Positions 27,650-39,647 of a DNA stretch of 64,000 bases are shown one piece after another; the first letter of the stretch is position 1; each line of letters begins with the position of its first letter. The DNA is from Selaginella moellendorffii (taxonomy: Eukaryota; Plantae; Lycopodiophyta). Location: the NCBI RefSeq assembly GCF_000143415.4, contig NW_003314296.1:787645-851644 (forward strand), read 5' to 3'. Under the pieces are notes generated by a model, which saw only the letters and a list, made by a program, of their open reading frames with translations, was not told the DNA's origin and made no database searches. The position numbers and the translations under genes are program-made.

Positions 27650-28561
27650 TCGACTATAGTCACCCGGAGGAGCTCGAACTGCATACAGGAAGGCGCCGTA
27701 GCTAACCCCGTCGGGGAGGAGCAGCGATAGAAATAGAGCGGTCCAAGCTTTTCCAACCACCAGGAGCGAATTTTCTACACTCCAATCACTCCCAGAGAAT
27801 CTCTGCCCTGTTCCAAAGAATTCCAAGATGTTAGCACCAGCCTGAAGTGTATTCACGCATCTTACACACGCGAGCGCTAAAGAAAAGGAAAGAAAACTCT
27901 CGCGTCGTCGATCCTGCGACTAAGATGCCTTGCCTAATGCGTCCAACACAGTTCCTAGAGAAACCGACAGCTCGACTAACACGACATGTACGATTTCCTC
28001 CCAAATCTTCCCAAACCCCGTGGAAATCCCAGAGATTATGGAGGAATCGATCGGGAATCGATCGAAATGTGAGGCGCCGCTGATCGACCTAGCCAGGAAG
28101 CGCAAGAGATTCAGGAAATATGAGGATCGACACTCCAGAATCTGGTGCGCGATCATGCAGCGGATTACCTGATCGATCGATCGAAATGCCTGAACTCCAC
28201 GATCGCGCTAGCGCCTTGGGGCCTCAAGCTCCATATATCATGGATAAGCTAAAAACCCTACAGCATGAGAGATTTTACCGATATTTTGGGGGCACACTCG
28301 TCCGTACCATCCTTTTGTTAATTCGATCCGTCCCTAAAAGTTTGGAGCTCTCTCTCTTTGATCCTGTGCTAGCTTTGGCTGAGGTGCCAGGTCTTTTCAT
28401 AATCCATATGGATGCTGTTCGATGCCACATTGAAAGCCTTTTAGAATGCTTCTCGACACTGAAGATAGTTAAGTTAACAAAACATGAAATATGTGTTATT
28501 TACATATGTGTGGATATAGTTTTTTGTTTTCAATTGCACACAATCACATTTTATTTACACA

Positions 28562-29471
28562 CTAGTAATTGCTCAGCAAATGCTAGGCAATTGGCAAAAC
28601 TTTCAACCATTAACACCATTTCTATGCTTTTTAAAGCTCTAAACTCGTTCCAAAGTTGCTATGGAAAGGCTGCACTAGGATTAATTCCTCTGGCTCAAAT
28701 TGCAATTTGAGCTTATCTTGCGAGGTTGTAATAGCTTCACCAGAGTAATGCTATAGTATTGTTAATTCCAAACTCTAAAGTGATGTGATGGAGCTGTATA
28801 ATAGAGGCATCACATACCTTGTTGAAGGTATAGAAATTTAACATTTAAGAAATAAGATTCTTGATAGTACTTTTTGGCTGGATCGATGCAACTTATAAAT
28901 TCAAGTCTATTGAAGTATTTCAGTGTAGATTATGTTCATTATATAGAAGTGTTGATTATGCAATATAAGATTACCTTGAAAAGGGGTTAAATACAAAGTT
29001 GTTCAGGTGAAGAGCACCTTGAGGGAGTAACATAAAGTTGGCCATGATTGTAGAAGCTAAATTTCAACACAATTAAATTTTTAATCTTGATCTTTAGAAA
29101 AAGTTAGGTAATACCCCAAACGAATTAAAAATTGCCTTTTTCACATTTCATGGGATAAAATTTTATGGCATTTATTGTCCTGTGATAATTTCACAATTTT
29201 AATACATTTTATAGTGTTTGTCTAAGAATAAGACAAGTGTCATTACATAAACCAATTTATAGAGATATGTTCCTTAGAAGAATCAAAATGGCATTATGTT
29301 TTTTAGAATCAATTTGTATGGTGGTAATCTGGATGGAGTGATTGAATTTAAGAATTCAATTGAAAACTCTTTAGGATGATCTGAATTAACAATGTCAATA
29401 CTCAAATAAAATGTATTGATAACTTTGTAATTTCTTAACAATTGGCTAAAGAAATTCATACCTATATACAT
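28562..29471 (-). mobile_element. Helitron remnant: decayed PIF1-helicase C-terminus and 3' terminus
   Basis: EFLNSITPSRLPPYKL, LLRN..GLCNDT and HGQLYVTPSR match Helitron RepHel motifs. The minus-strand end GCCTAGCATTTGCTGAGCAATTACTAG|T is a decayed hairpin plus CTAG. The 5' end was not located. Confidence 0.7.
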
Positions 29472-31337
29472 TTTAAACTTTTCACAATGTCATTTGAAAA
29501 CAAGTATGTTAGAAATCTATAGTCAAATAAGAATTTATTTTTTTATTAGTGCAGCTTTTAAAACTTCTAAGTATATAGAGGTGTGTTAAAGATATACCAT
29601 ACTTACAAAGGAGATTAACACCATGCTTCCACAATTTCATTAGTGATAGGCTCCCCTATGAATAACTCCCATCATAGCTTCAAAACTACCATGGCTATTA
29701 CAAGCTACATAACAGACCACATAGGATTACAAGCTCCATCTCCTTGCCTTTTTTAACCATTATGCTAGACATGCCACAATTTGAACAATCCAGCAAAAGC
29801 TATATAGTTGAAATCAAGAAGTCATATCTTATGGTATTTGATCTATACAAAGTTAATTTAGTAGTAGAAATATGCCTAACAAGTATTTCAGCTTCTTATA
29901 TGGAATAATAGTAAAAATCAAAATCCAAAGCAAGCAAGTGTTAATGCACATCACAATAAATTATTCAAATACCTAATGAAATGAATATTAAGTTAATAAT
30001 CATTATTCACTAAAATCTGTATTTTTAGTTTACGTTCTATGGTATAGCACAATCTATCAGTATTATAAAGAATATTCTGCATTCTATTCTTTTTATAGAA
30101 AGAAATATTCTAATTTTAATCCCTTTTTCTAATATCAATAATTTATTTGGTTTGCTTTAGATATGTTTCTCATAATTTCTAATCCAATTTAAAATAGTTT
30201 TATATACTATAAAACATAATAATTTGACAACACAACCATTTTAGAATTTGACAGCAAAACCATTAAAAAAGCCACATTTAATTTTCATATCATCTTTCAT
30301 TAGTCATTCAATTTGTCATTATCAAAAGCTACAAGCAAAAATAAATCTACTATTGAAAGCCACAATAACACTATAAAAAAACCACAATTCAATTACAAAA
30401 GCCACTTGATATATACACCACTCAGTAAAATACCATGTTATGTAGCTTTTACCATAAAAACCACTCAAGATTAAAAAGCCATGTTGTGATTGGGAAAAAG
30501 CTAGATTTTTTAAAAAACCATCTTAAGATTAGATTATAAAAAATTTACTAAATTATAAAACTTCCTTATAAAAAAATATTAATCTAGTTTCAATCAACCA
30601 TGAATAAGCTAAAATATATCTGGAGGTGTTTAAGAAAGACTAAACCAGATAGAATATGCCAGAATACCCAGGCATATTCTAGATATCTTTGATGAAAGAA
30701 AATTGAAGTTCAAATTAAGGAAAGGAATAAAAGATTATTAGCATTTTGTTGTGGTAAAAACAACAATCCATGAATCTCATTTTTCTTTCGAGTTCAACAA
30801 GAACCAAATCTTTATATGTCTTCAAGGCCAAAAAAGTAAACTAAGGGCCTTATGATATCATACATGTTCAGATATAACCCAACTGTGCTCAAATAAATTA
30901 AATCTAATCATCAGAAATTTAGCCTTTTTTTCTGCCAGCCCCATGTTAATTTATTAGTTTAGATACAAAAGGCTAGAAAAACTCAACTGTGTATGTGTTC
31001 CTTTACAGGCATCACAGCAAGTGTTGATCATTATTTTCTCATAGTCAAAGCGAAGGAGGAGGGGATAGGTCGATGGGATTCTCAGGCCAATTGGGTCGTC
31101 ATGGACAAACAAGCAAGTGAGAGATCACTATTTTGCGTGTGGCATGGATAGATTTCAGAGATCAAAATGGTATGAAATTTCTACTTATATATAGTGGTTG
31201 TGTTAAAATAAAATGGAATCAATTTAGCACCCATTACGTTTATTTTTTATTCCAACACACTTCCTATGTTTTCTTCTACCAAAAACTAAATGATTTTTTG
31301 AAGCATATCATAAGGGGGTAAGAATGCTAAAACCTCT

Positions 31338-31871
31338 TCAATGGAACTTGAAAACTCGAATGAACCAGTTGCCTTGGCGAATGATCCAGCTGGCCCAACT
31401 GGTAGTTTTCACAACACCATACTGCACTCTACATGCCGCTGCTGTGTAAGATACCGAAGCTGCAGGGCCACACCAAAAACGAATAGCACGTAGAGCTTCC
31501 AAAGTACAAAGCCTGCAAGCAGCCTGATCGTTGCAAGTGAGAGCTCCAAACAAGTCACCATGCTGGGTGGTGATATTGCTTGAGGTGTGGAGCATATCAG
31601 TGAAGGCTGCTCCGATAGCACTTGTTGATGGATCCCAGATAAATAACTTTGTGCAAGAGCATATCAAAGTGTTCGCCAAGTAGCTCTCCCAGCAAAATGG
31701 AGTTGTTGGAGCTGGAGATGGAGCTAGAAATGGAGTTGGAACTGGAGCTGGAGCTGCAATTGGAGCTGGAACTGGAGCTGGAACTAAAGAATTTTCGGAA
31801 GGAGGATATCTCTTGGCTCCAGCAATTGTGATTACAAGGGAGAGTGCTAAGAAAAGTTTACCTTGCTCCAT
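31338..31871 (-). CDS. Secreted Gnk2/DUF26-like protein, copy 1 (signal peptide, AP-rich linker, Cys domain, Trp-rich tail)
   Basis: ANTLICSC, LFGALTCNDQAACRLC and WCGPAASVSYTAAACRVQY align by eye with ginkbilobin-2. Intact ORF with TATA upstream. Confidence 0.75.
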   Translation of the reverse strand: MEQGKLFLALSLVITIAGAKRYPPSENSLVPAPVPAPIAAPAPVPTPFLAPSPAPTTPFCWESYLANTLICSCTKLFIWDPSTSAIGAAFTDMLHTSSNITTQHGDLFGALTCNDQAACRLCTLEALRAIRFWCGPAASVSYTAAACRVQYGVVKTTSWASWIIRQGNWFIRVFKFH

Positions 31872-32099
31872 TGTCTATGAAACTGTGAACTGTTTTAATT
31901 GTTTTGAGATTGAAAACCTGGTTGAAATTTATATAAAGTCAGGAGGAAGGCCTTGATATTTCCCTACCGGCTGGCAAATGATCAGAAGTAGACAAATTAT
32001 CTAAAGGTTTTTAACGTGTCTTTTAGCGACAAGAGCGGAGCAACATTAGCTGGTATAATCTGCCAGTTGTCCTCTAAGAAGCATGAGGCAAATGGGGTT

Positions 32100-33760
32100 A
32101 GCATTTCCTGTTAGTACAGTGAATCAAATAAGAAGATGGTCTGCTAGTGGCTCATATGCAATCAAAACACAAGAAATCAACAACATCCAAGGATTTACTA
32201 TGTTCGTGCAGAGCTTGAAGTGTTTAAACTCTTGGTGTTTCCTTTCCTGTACATGAAGTTCCACGCAAATGGCGAAGCTCTCTCGGTCCTCAAAACTCAG
32301 CTGGGGAAGAGAGGCAAGGAAAACAAGACAATGAGCAAAAGATGCAAGGGGATAGAAAAAACTCAAAGATGTCCAAGGCAGAAAAATTAAAAAATAGAGA
32401 AATAAAACCACCCAATGAAGCAAACCATGTGAAAATTTAGGTACCATGTTTATGATGACAAAGTACTGTGCATCATGGCTGGGACAGTTTTTTTTTTTTT
32501 CTTTCTCTTTTTCTCTTCCGAGTGTTCTTCTCCCACATTAGTAAGATCTGGAAAACATAGGCTGTAAGTTCAAACAGCAATGCAAAATCATAGACTTGGT
32601 CTCGAGATCACCTCAACCTTTTCTCATGAAACATGGGAGTCAATATCAGCAAAACTTCCTTGATTTCCTTCGTTGTTTTGCTGGCTGTGGAGACTTTGGA
32701 GCATTTCACTTCAAATTTTCTGGATGGCGAAACTGAAACGATCAGAGCACAAAAACAATCAAAATTCAAAAGACCCACACTCGCTGACCAGAAACTTGAC
32801 CTGTTTGACCCCTGCGTGTTAGAACCGGAGCATGAGAAATTTTCGATCCATCCTGGGTTCCAATCGGTACCAATCATCAAAGTCATCTCGTATACACAGG
32901 AAGAACCAACCGATGATGTATACAGGAGAGAGTACTTCCTTTCCTTTGTACCAAAGAGCCAAGAAAGGAGGAGGGAGCTTTCTTCTTTTCTTTTTGTTCT
33001 TGGAGTATGTATGGTTTGCTTGTTCTTGTTCTTGAGAGGAATCTTGCGAGGATCGCATGGGATCCCTCTCTAGCTGCTGCTAGTGCCACTTGCCACCCAC
33101 CTAAAAACATTCCATACCTTCATGAGTAGCAAAAGAGCTGCCAAGTTGTGGTGGTGTCGATTGATCCGGACCACGGTCCCCTGCTCCAATGACAAATGGC
33201 ACTAGGAGGAGAAGTAGAGAGATTTCCTGGTGGGCTTGCAGCTCCTGCTCGTGATTTTGCTGCTGCTGATCGTCCTGGCGTGGATTTTGGTGATCGTCTT
33301 GCCCCGAATTCGTGGATTCTTGCCCCCGGCCCTGGAAACCCTACGATGATCGACCGAATGCGGCTGGATTCCCATCTGTTGCGGGAGATTTTCCAGCGAT
33401 TCCTGCTGGACATCGAGAACCACGGCGGACGTTGTCTGGGTGAATCGGCAGAGAGCGCAAGTGGTGCGCGCGAGCAGCCATAGATCGATGCAGTCGTCGT
33501 GGAAGAAACATTCTGGGAGGGAGGCGCACGAATTCTTGCTCATGAAATTCCCCCAAGCACACACAGCACTCGTGGTTGGCGAACGCATTTCTTCACGGTG
33601 AAATCCGTGAAGAATGGTCGCTATGGAGGGATTACGATACTATGCTACATTCCTTCTGCCATGAAAGAGTTTGGAGTACTCTAGGTACCCGCTCACATCC
33701 ATGCTGGATCCTCCGGGGCTGCCAGACGATCCCGTTGTGATGCTGTGCTTCACTGCTCCT
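32100..33760 (-). pseudogene. Decayed duplicate of the ATL RING-H2 gene plus its 3' flank
   Basis: Collinear with ~37240-39520. RING fragments CLGEFHEQEFVRL and HDDCIDLWLLARTTCALCR lie in different frames; the GLD region is deleted. Confidence 0.85.
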
Positions 33761-33799
33761 CAAAGAGACGAAGAAAAAAATGGACATATTCTAGCCTAA

Positions 33800-34260
33800 G
33801 TATGGAGTCAAGATTTGGAAGCTATGTGCCATAGCATGGGAGTTTGATTGCGGCTAATAAACTTTTCATGTTTCAAGTTGGGCATTGGGATAGCTTTGGC
33901 TTGGGGATTAGGATGGCCATCAAGCCCACACCATCCAGTGGAAGATGAAATCGTTGGCAAATGTGTTCGAAAGATATAGCACCAGTGTGTGGTGTGTTCA
34001 CCTCCTCACAACAGACCTGGCAACCCATGGGATTACCATTGGCCGACCAGAGAGTAGAGACAGCCGCGACCCGTACAATACAATAGGTGTTTCAAGGGGC
34101 CAATATTGAGGTTCACCATGTTCAAATAGTGAGTGAAGGTGGTGGAATGCTTGGCCAGGTGCTCCATCCATGCCATTGGAACATTGTGATTAGTAGCTAA
34201 TTGATGCCCAGGGATACTGTCCAACCTTGCAGCTTGTGCCACCATCTACATCCAGACGAT
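33800..34260 (-). mobile_element. Possible LINE ORF2 C-terminal (zinc-knuckle) remnant
   Basis: Minus-strand GCQVCCEEVNTPH...C loosely resembles the CCHC tail of L1-type RT; heavily degraded. Confidence 0.25.
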
Positions 34261-34468
34261 AACATTTTATGAGTTATGTTGATAAATATCAGATTATTTT
34301 GGTTAAAATCTTATTATTTCTTACTTTTAATTTTAAAATAAAAAATATAAATATTTTTATTCTACTAGAAATTATGTTTTACTGTAAAAAAATTTACTTT
34401 GAATCTTATTTTCCTTTCACTTCAACATTCTTTAATTTGTTTCCATAACGCCAACTAAGAATGGACCT

Positions 34469-34951
34469 TTAGAACTTGAAAGCCCGAATGAACCAATTGC
34501 CATGGCGAATGATCCAGTCCATCCAGCTGGAACTTCTCACAACAACATACTGCAATCTGCATGCTGCTGCTGTGTAATATACCGAAGCTGCTGAGCCACA
34601 CCAGAGAGGAATATAATGCACAGCTTCCAAAGTACAAAGACGGCAAGCAGCCTGATCGTTGCAAGTGAGAGCTCCAAACAAGTCACCATGCTGGGTGGTG
34701 ATATTGCTCGAGGTGTGGAGCATATCAGTGAAGGCTGCTCCGATAGCACTTGTTGATGGATCCAAGATAGATAACTTTGTGCAAGAGCATACCAAAGTGT
34801 TGGCCAGGTAGCTCTCCCAGCGAACTGGAGCTGCTGGAGCTGGAGCTGAAACTGGAGTTGGAACTTGAGAGATTTTAAAAGGAGGAGATCGCTTGGCTCC
34901 AGCAATTGTGATTATAAAGGAGAGCGCTAAGAAAACTTTACCTTGGTCCAT
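34469..34951 (-). CDS. Secreted Gnk2/DUF26-like protein, copy 2
   Basis: Paralog of copy 1 with a shorter AP linker; one Cys replaced by Arg (VRWESY). Confidence 0.75.
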   Translation of the reverse strand: MDQGKVFLALSFIITIAGAKRSPPFKISQVPTPVSAPAPAAPVRWESYLANTLVCSCTKLSILDPSTSAIGAAFTDMLHTSSNITTQHGDLFGALTCNDQAACRLCTLEAVHYIPLWCGSAASVYYTAAACRLQYVVVRSSSWMDWIIRHGNWFIRAFKF

Positions 34952-35318
34952 TGTCTATTATATTGTTGGGCTTGGAAACCTGATAGTAATTTATATAAAA
35001 GTCAGGAGAAAGGCTCCACAAATGATCAGAAGTGGACAAATGATTTGACCATAATTATTAAAGTTTGCTCTAAAGTTTCTTTTGTATTATAAGCAAACAA
35101 GTATAGGTATGAATGAGTCTGATGTTCTTAATTTAATAGTTAATTCATATGCTTCTAGATAACAATTGCCAGCCTATATAATTGTGGTCAAATAATTGTC
35201 TACTTCAAATCATTTGCCAGCCGGTGGGGAAATATCGAGGCCTCCTTCAGGACTTTTATATATATATATATATATCAGGTTTCCAAGGTCAAAACAGGCA
35301 GTTCATAGTTCATAGACA

Positions 35319-35828
35319 ATGGAGCAAGGTAAAGTTTTCTTAGCGCTCTCCCTCGTAATCACAATTGTTGGAGCCAAGAAATATCCTCTTCCCAGAATTT
35401 CTCCAGTTCAACCTCCAACTCCAGCTCCAGTTCCAATTGTAGCTCCAGCTCCAGCTCCAGCAGCTCTTGGACTTTGCTGGAAGAGCTACCTAGCGAACAC
35501 GTTATTATGCTCTTGTGGAAAATTATCTGTCTGGGATCCATCAACCAGGGCTATTGGAGCAGCCTTGAATGATATGCTCCGCACCTCAAGCAATATCACC
35601 ACCCAGCATGGTGACTTGTTTGGAGCTCTCACTTGCAACGATCAGGCTGCTTGCAGGCTTTGTACTATGGAAGCTATACATTCTATTTCTTTCTGGTGTA
35701 GCTCTGCACCTTCGGTGTCTTACACAACAGCGGCATGTAGAGTGCAGTATGTTGTGAAAACTACCAGCTGGGTCAGCTGGATCATTCGCCAAGGCAACTG
35801 GTTCATTCGGGCTTTCAAGTTCCATTGA
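35319..35828 (+). CDS. Secreted Gnk2/DUF26-like protein, copy 3 (head-to-head with copy 2)
   Basis: Paralog of copies 1 and 2; the TATA region has expanded to (TA)n at ~35258-35275. Confidence 0.75.
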   Translation: MEQGKVFLALSLVITIVGAKKYPLPRISPVQPPTPAPVPIVAPAPAPAALGLCWKSYLANTLLCSCGKLSVWDPSTRAIGAALNDMLRTSSNITTQHGDLFGALTCNDQAACRLCTMEAIHSISFWCSSAPSVSYTTAACRVQYVVKTTSWVSWIIRQGNWFIRAFKFH

Positions 35829-35999
35829 AGAAGTTTCAGCATGCCTGGAAATAAATTGAGGAACATAGAACTCAAAAGAAAATAAGATGCATTTTGAACC
35901 AATTTAATTTTAAATTGCAGGTATTTTTTATTACACGAGCTTGATGGCTGAAGAAAAATACTAAGTATGAACGGGCCAGCAATGCCCGGGAGGAAGCCG

Positions 36000-37090
36000 G
36001 CCGCAGCAATGAATTTCTGCAACCAGCCAGGGACACCATTCTTGAATCATGATCGGTGAGAGTTGGCAATGAACACATTGGGCAAGAGCTCTTGTGGATC
36101 TCACCTGTTGGTGTTGTGACGAGTTTTGGTGTCATGATATCGGTAAGATGGTGAGGAAGTCGCCGCGGGGGTGATCTGCCACCCTGGGGTGGTGGTAGGA
36201 GATGTCGCTTTGAAGAGCCAAGAGCTTTTGATGCGCTTTTGTCTTAGGAAGGGGGTCACCTTGTCGTGTGCAGCCCAGGGCGTGAGGCATGTGGCCTTGG
36301 AGTTGGCCAAAGGTTGTGTGACGGCGTGTATGGGCACACTCTTGTGTCTTGGGGATGGGGGAGTCTGTGAGTGCACTGTCTGACGGAATGTCTATTGAGC
36401 CCAATGGCATGCAGAACAAACCAGACACAGTAGCGACACAGGACGATCTTGGCGCGAGGTTGTAGCTGAGCGTGGCAAGAGAGCAGGCAGTCAGTGTGCC
36501 ATCCGAGTTATTATGTAGCCAAATTTGGTGCAGGCATAAGAGGTCAGGACTTCAGCATGAGTTTGACTCGATTCCTGGGGGGGCGAGCCCGACGCGGATG
36601 TGTCGGTCCGTGCCAGGGGACGGTGCTCGTTTTGTTGAAACCGGCCTAGGCGTCTTGGGGTCCCGGGGGCGAGGTTGAGCCGGTCTCGCACTCGGACTAT
36701 TGAGAATGGACCGGTGGACTGTGTCAAACGATGAGTGTGTGGTGCATTTTTTGGCACTTTAAAGTGGCATGACGAGGTGACAGTCACATTTGAAATTGTG
36801 GCTGGAGCTATGGCATCACGACTGAGGTTGAGGATGTATCGCGGCTGAGCTTGAGGACGTGCTGTTGATGTAGAGCTTGGACGGTCGAGAGACGCTTCAC
36901 AAGGCTGCTGCTGAAGATGTTTGGGGCCGGACACGTCTGTGGACCCTGTCAAGCTTTTGCCTTGCAAGATCTTCGTAGCTTGTGAGGTCTCGATCTTGTG
37001 GCTGCAACATCACAGAAAACAGCTCGTAAAAGAGCTTAGCCTGGCCCAATGCCCAGCCCAGCACCCAGCGCCTCTCCTCGCAAAGCCGTC
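36000..37090 (-). mobile_element. Possible decayed LINE (APE endonuclease region)
   Basis: GC-rich island. Minus-strand SPDLLCLHQIWLH resembles PDxxCLQETW, and RGDFL resembles GDFN; many frameshifts. Confidence 0.3.
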
Positions 37091-38501
37091 AACTTGCTTT
37101 CAATTGCCAACACAAGTTTCTGAATATAACATCCAAAACTTTACACTGTTTATATGATCTGCCAGTCGAACTTAAAAGCTTGAGACCGTGTTTTCATTGC
37201 ATATGAGCTCCTAACAGACCATGTTCTTACTTGATTTCACTCGTACTAGAACGGGGAAATGCCAACACAAACATCCAAGGATTTGCTATAAAGGACAAAG
37301 CCTTGAGATGTTAGAACTCCTAATGGTATTTCATTTGACATGAATTGTCGATGCAAAGCTCTCTCGGAAACTCAACCGGAGAGATGCTTTTCTCTTTTGA
37401 GTACCTCAAAACGAAGAGAGGCAAGGAAAACAAGACAATGAACGAAAGATGCAAGGGGATAGAAACAACTCAAAGATGTCCAAGGGAGAAAAACAAAAAA
37501 ATAGAGAGAAAAAAAAAAACTAGCAAACCATGTCATAATTGTACCTTGCCTTGTACTTGGTACCATTTTCATGATGACAAAGTACACAACAGCGGGTGCA
37601 TCATGGCTGGGACAATTTTTTTTCTTCTCTTTTTCTTCGAGTGTTCATCTTGGATCCTCCCACATTAAGATCTAAAATGTAAGTTCATTCATTCATTCAT
37701 TAACTGTTTACAAGGTTTCGCAGCGCCCACCAAAAAGCATGAGACCGACGGATTATAGTGAGCTGTTTTGATGTTTTCAGTTCAAACAACTGCAGAATCA
37801 GAATCATAAGATAACCATGGTCTTGAGATCACTTCAACCTTTCTCAAGAAACTTGGGAGTCAATTGTCTTCGGATCAACAACTTGCCACCAAACTTCCTT
37901 GATTTCCTTTGTTGTTTGCTGGCTGTAAACTCTCACAGAGACTTTGGAGCTCTTCACTTGAATTCCCCTGGATGGCGAGACTGACACGACCAGAGCACAA
38001 AAACAATCAAAATCCAAAAGACCCGCAGCCGATGACTAGAAACTTGGACCTGGTTGACCCCCTGGATTGACCACTAATTCGCGTGTTAGAACCGGAGCAC
38101 GAGAAATTTTCGATCCATCCTGGGTTCCAATCGGTACGTTTGTCGCTCTAGAGCTACGTAGAGCGAAATGTAGGTGGAAGTAAAGAGAAGGCACAGGCGA
38201 ATTCAAAGAAGCACCAAAGCCAGGACGATAGAAATGGTCGGCTTTTATACAAGCAAAGACGGCCAGCTACGATCAATCGATCGAATTCCTCCCCCCCTTG
38301 CTATACGGCCCAATTCATCACAGTCGTCTCGTATACACAGGAAGGATGTCTAGAGGAGAGAGAGTACTTCCTTTCCTTTGTGCCAAAGAGCCCAAGAAAG
38401 GCGAAGATCGAATTTTTCTTCTTTTTTTTGGTTTTGTTCTTGGAGTATGTATAGTTCTTGCTCTTGCGAGGAATCTTGCGAGGATCGCATTGGATCCCTC
38501 T

Positions 38502-39647
38502 CTAGCTGCCGCTGCTGCTGCCAAAGATTCCCCCACTTGCAACCAATCTCCCCATTTTCCAGCACCGAAAAACATTCCATACCTTCTTGAGTAGCAAAAG
38601 GGGTGCCAAGCTGTGGTGGTGTTCTTGCTGTTCTTGGTCCCCACATTCTTGGAGCTGTGCTTGATCCACCACGCTCCCCTGCTCCAATGCATCGCTGGGA
38701 GAAACGGAGATTTCCTGGTGGGCTTGCGGCTGCTGCTCGTGATCTTGCTGCTGCTGCTGCTGCTGATGATGATGATGATCGTCCTGGCGTGGATTTTGGT
38801 GATCGTCTTGCGCCGAATTCGCGGATTCTTGCCCCCGGCGCGCGCGCTCCCCCTGGAAACCCCAAACCCTAGCGATGATCGAGCGAATGCGGCTGGATTC
38901 CGGCGCTCGATGCCGCTGCTGCGGCAGATTTTCCAGCGATTCCTGCGGGACATCGAGGACCACGGCGCCGGCGGCGTGGACGTTGTCCGGGGTGAGCTTG
39001 AATCGGCAGAGAGGGCAAGTGGTGTGCGCGAGCAGCCATAGATCGATGCACTCGACATGGAAGAAATGGCCGCATCCCGGGAGGAGGCGCACGAATTCTT
39101 GCTCCTGGAATTCCCCCAAGCACACACAGCACTCGTGATTAGGGTTCTTGGCGGTGGGCTTGGCGACGACGATGGGCAGCGCTTGAATCGACGCCTTGTC
39201 CAGCCCCAGCTGGCTCTGGATGTGGATCTGCTGCTGCTGGATCTGGAGCAGCGACGAGAGGCCGCCGGCCGAGGACGATCGCTGCGATACCCAGCGCGGG
39301 TTGTGATCGATCGTCCAGCTCGCGATTGGAATCTGGTGGCGCTCCAGGTCGGCCTCGGTGGTGACGCATTTCTTCACGTAGATGGAGAGGATCCCCATGA
39401 AGAAGAATGTGCCCAGCAGCACCACGATGATGATCGCCATGGAGGGATTGAAGCGCGCGCTCATCTCCACGCTGGATCCTGCAGGGCTGCCAGACGATCC
39501 CGCGGGGATGCTGTGGTTCATCGCCATCGCCACTGCGACGGTGGCATTGGATGCCCATCCCCGGAGAGAGGAAGAAGAAGGAGAAGAAGAAGAAGGGGAA
39601 GAGTTCTCCGGGGAGGATGTAGAGGGTGTATCCATCCAAGTGCTCAT
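38502..39647 (-). CDS. ATL: ATL-family RING-H2 E3 ubiquitin ligase, intronless
   Basis: TM helix (IIIVVLLGTFFFMGILSIYV), GLD motif, RING-H2 CCVCLGEF...CGHFFHVECIDLWLLAHTTCPLCR, polyH/polyQ tail. Confidence 0.93.
   Translation of the reverse strand: MSTWMDTPSTSSPENSSPSSSSPSSSSLRGWASNATVAVAMAMNHSIPAGSSGSPAGSSVEMSARFNPSMAIIIVVLLGTFFFMGILSIYVKKCVTTEADLERHQIPIASWTIDHNPRWVSQRSSSAGGLSSLLQIQQQQIHIQSQLGLDKASIQALPIVVAKPTAKNPNHECCVCLGEFQEQEFVRLLPGCGHFFHVECIDLWLLAHTTCPLCRFKLTPDNVHAAGAVVLDVPQESLENLPQQRHRAPESSRIRSIIARVWGFQGERARRGQESANSAQDDHQNPRQDDHHHHQQQQQQQDHEQQPQAHQEISVSPSDALEQGSVVDQAQLQECGDQEQQEHHHSLAPLLLLKKVWNVFRCWKMGRLVASGGIFGSSSGS

Noticed and set aside
28120-28710. 196-aa ORF upstream of CuAO
   Set aside because: Runs across promoter DNA and the Helitron terminus; no recognisable motif.
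32633-33073. 146-aa ORF with hydrophobic ends
   Set aside because: Lies in the duplicated ATL 3' flank; the homologous segment at ~37850-38500 is not open, so it is probably chance.
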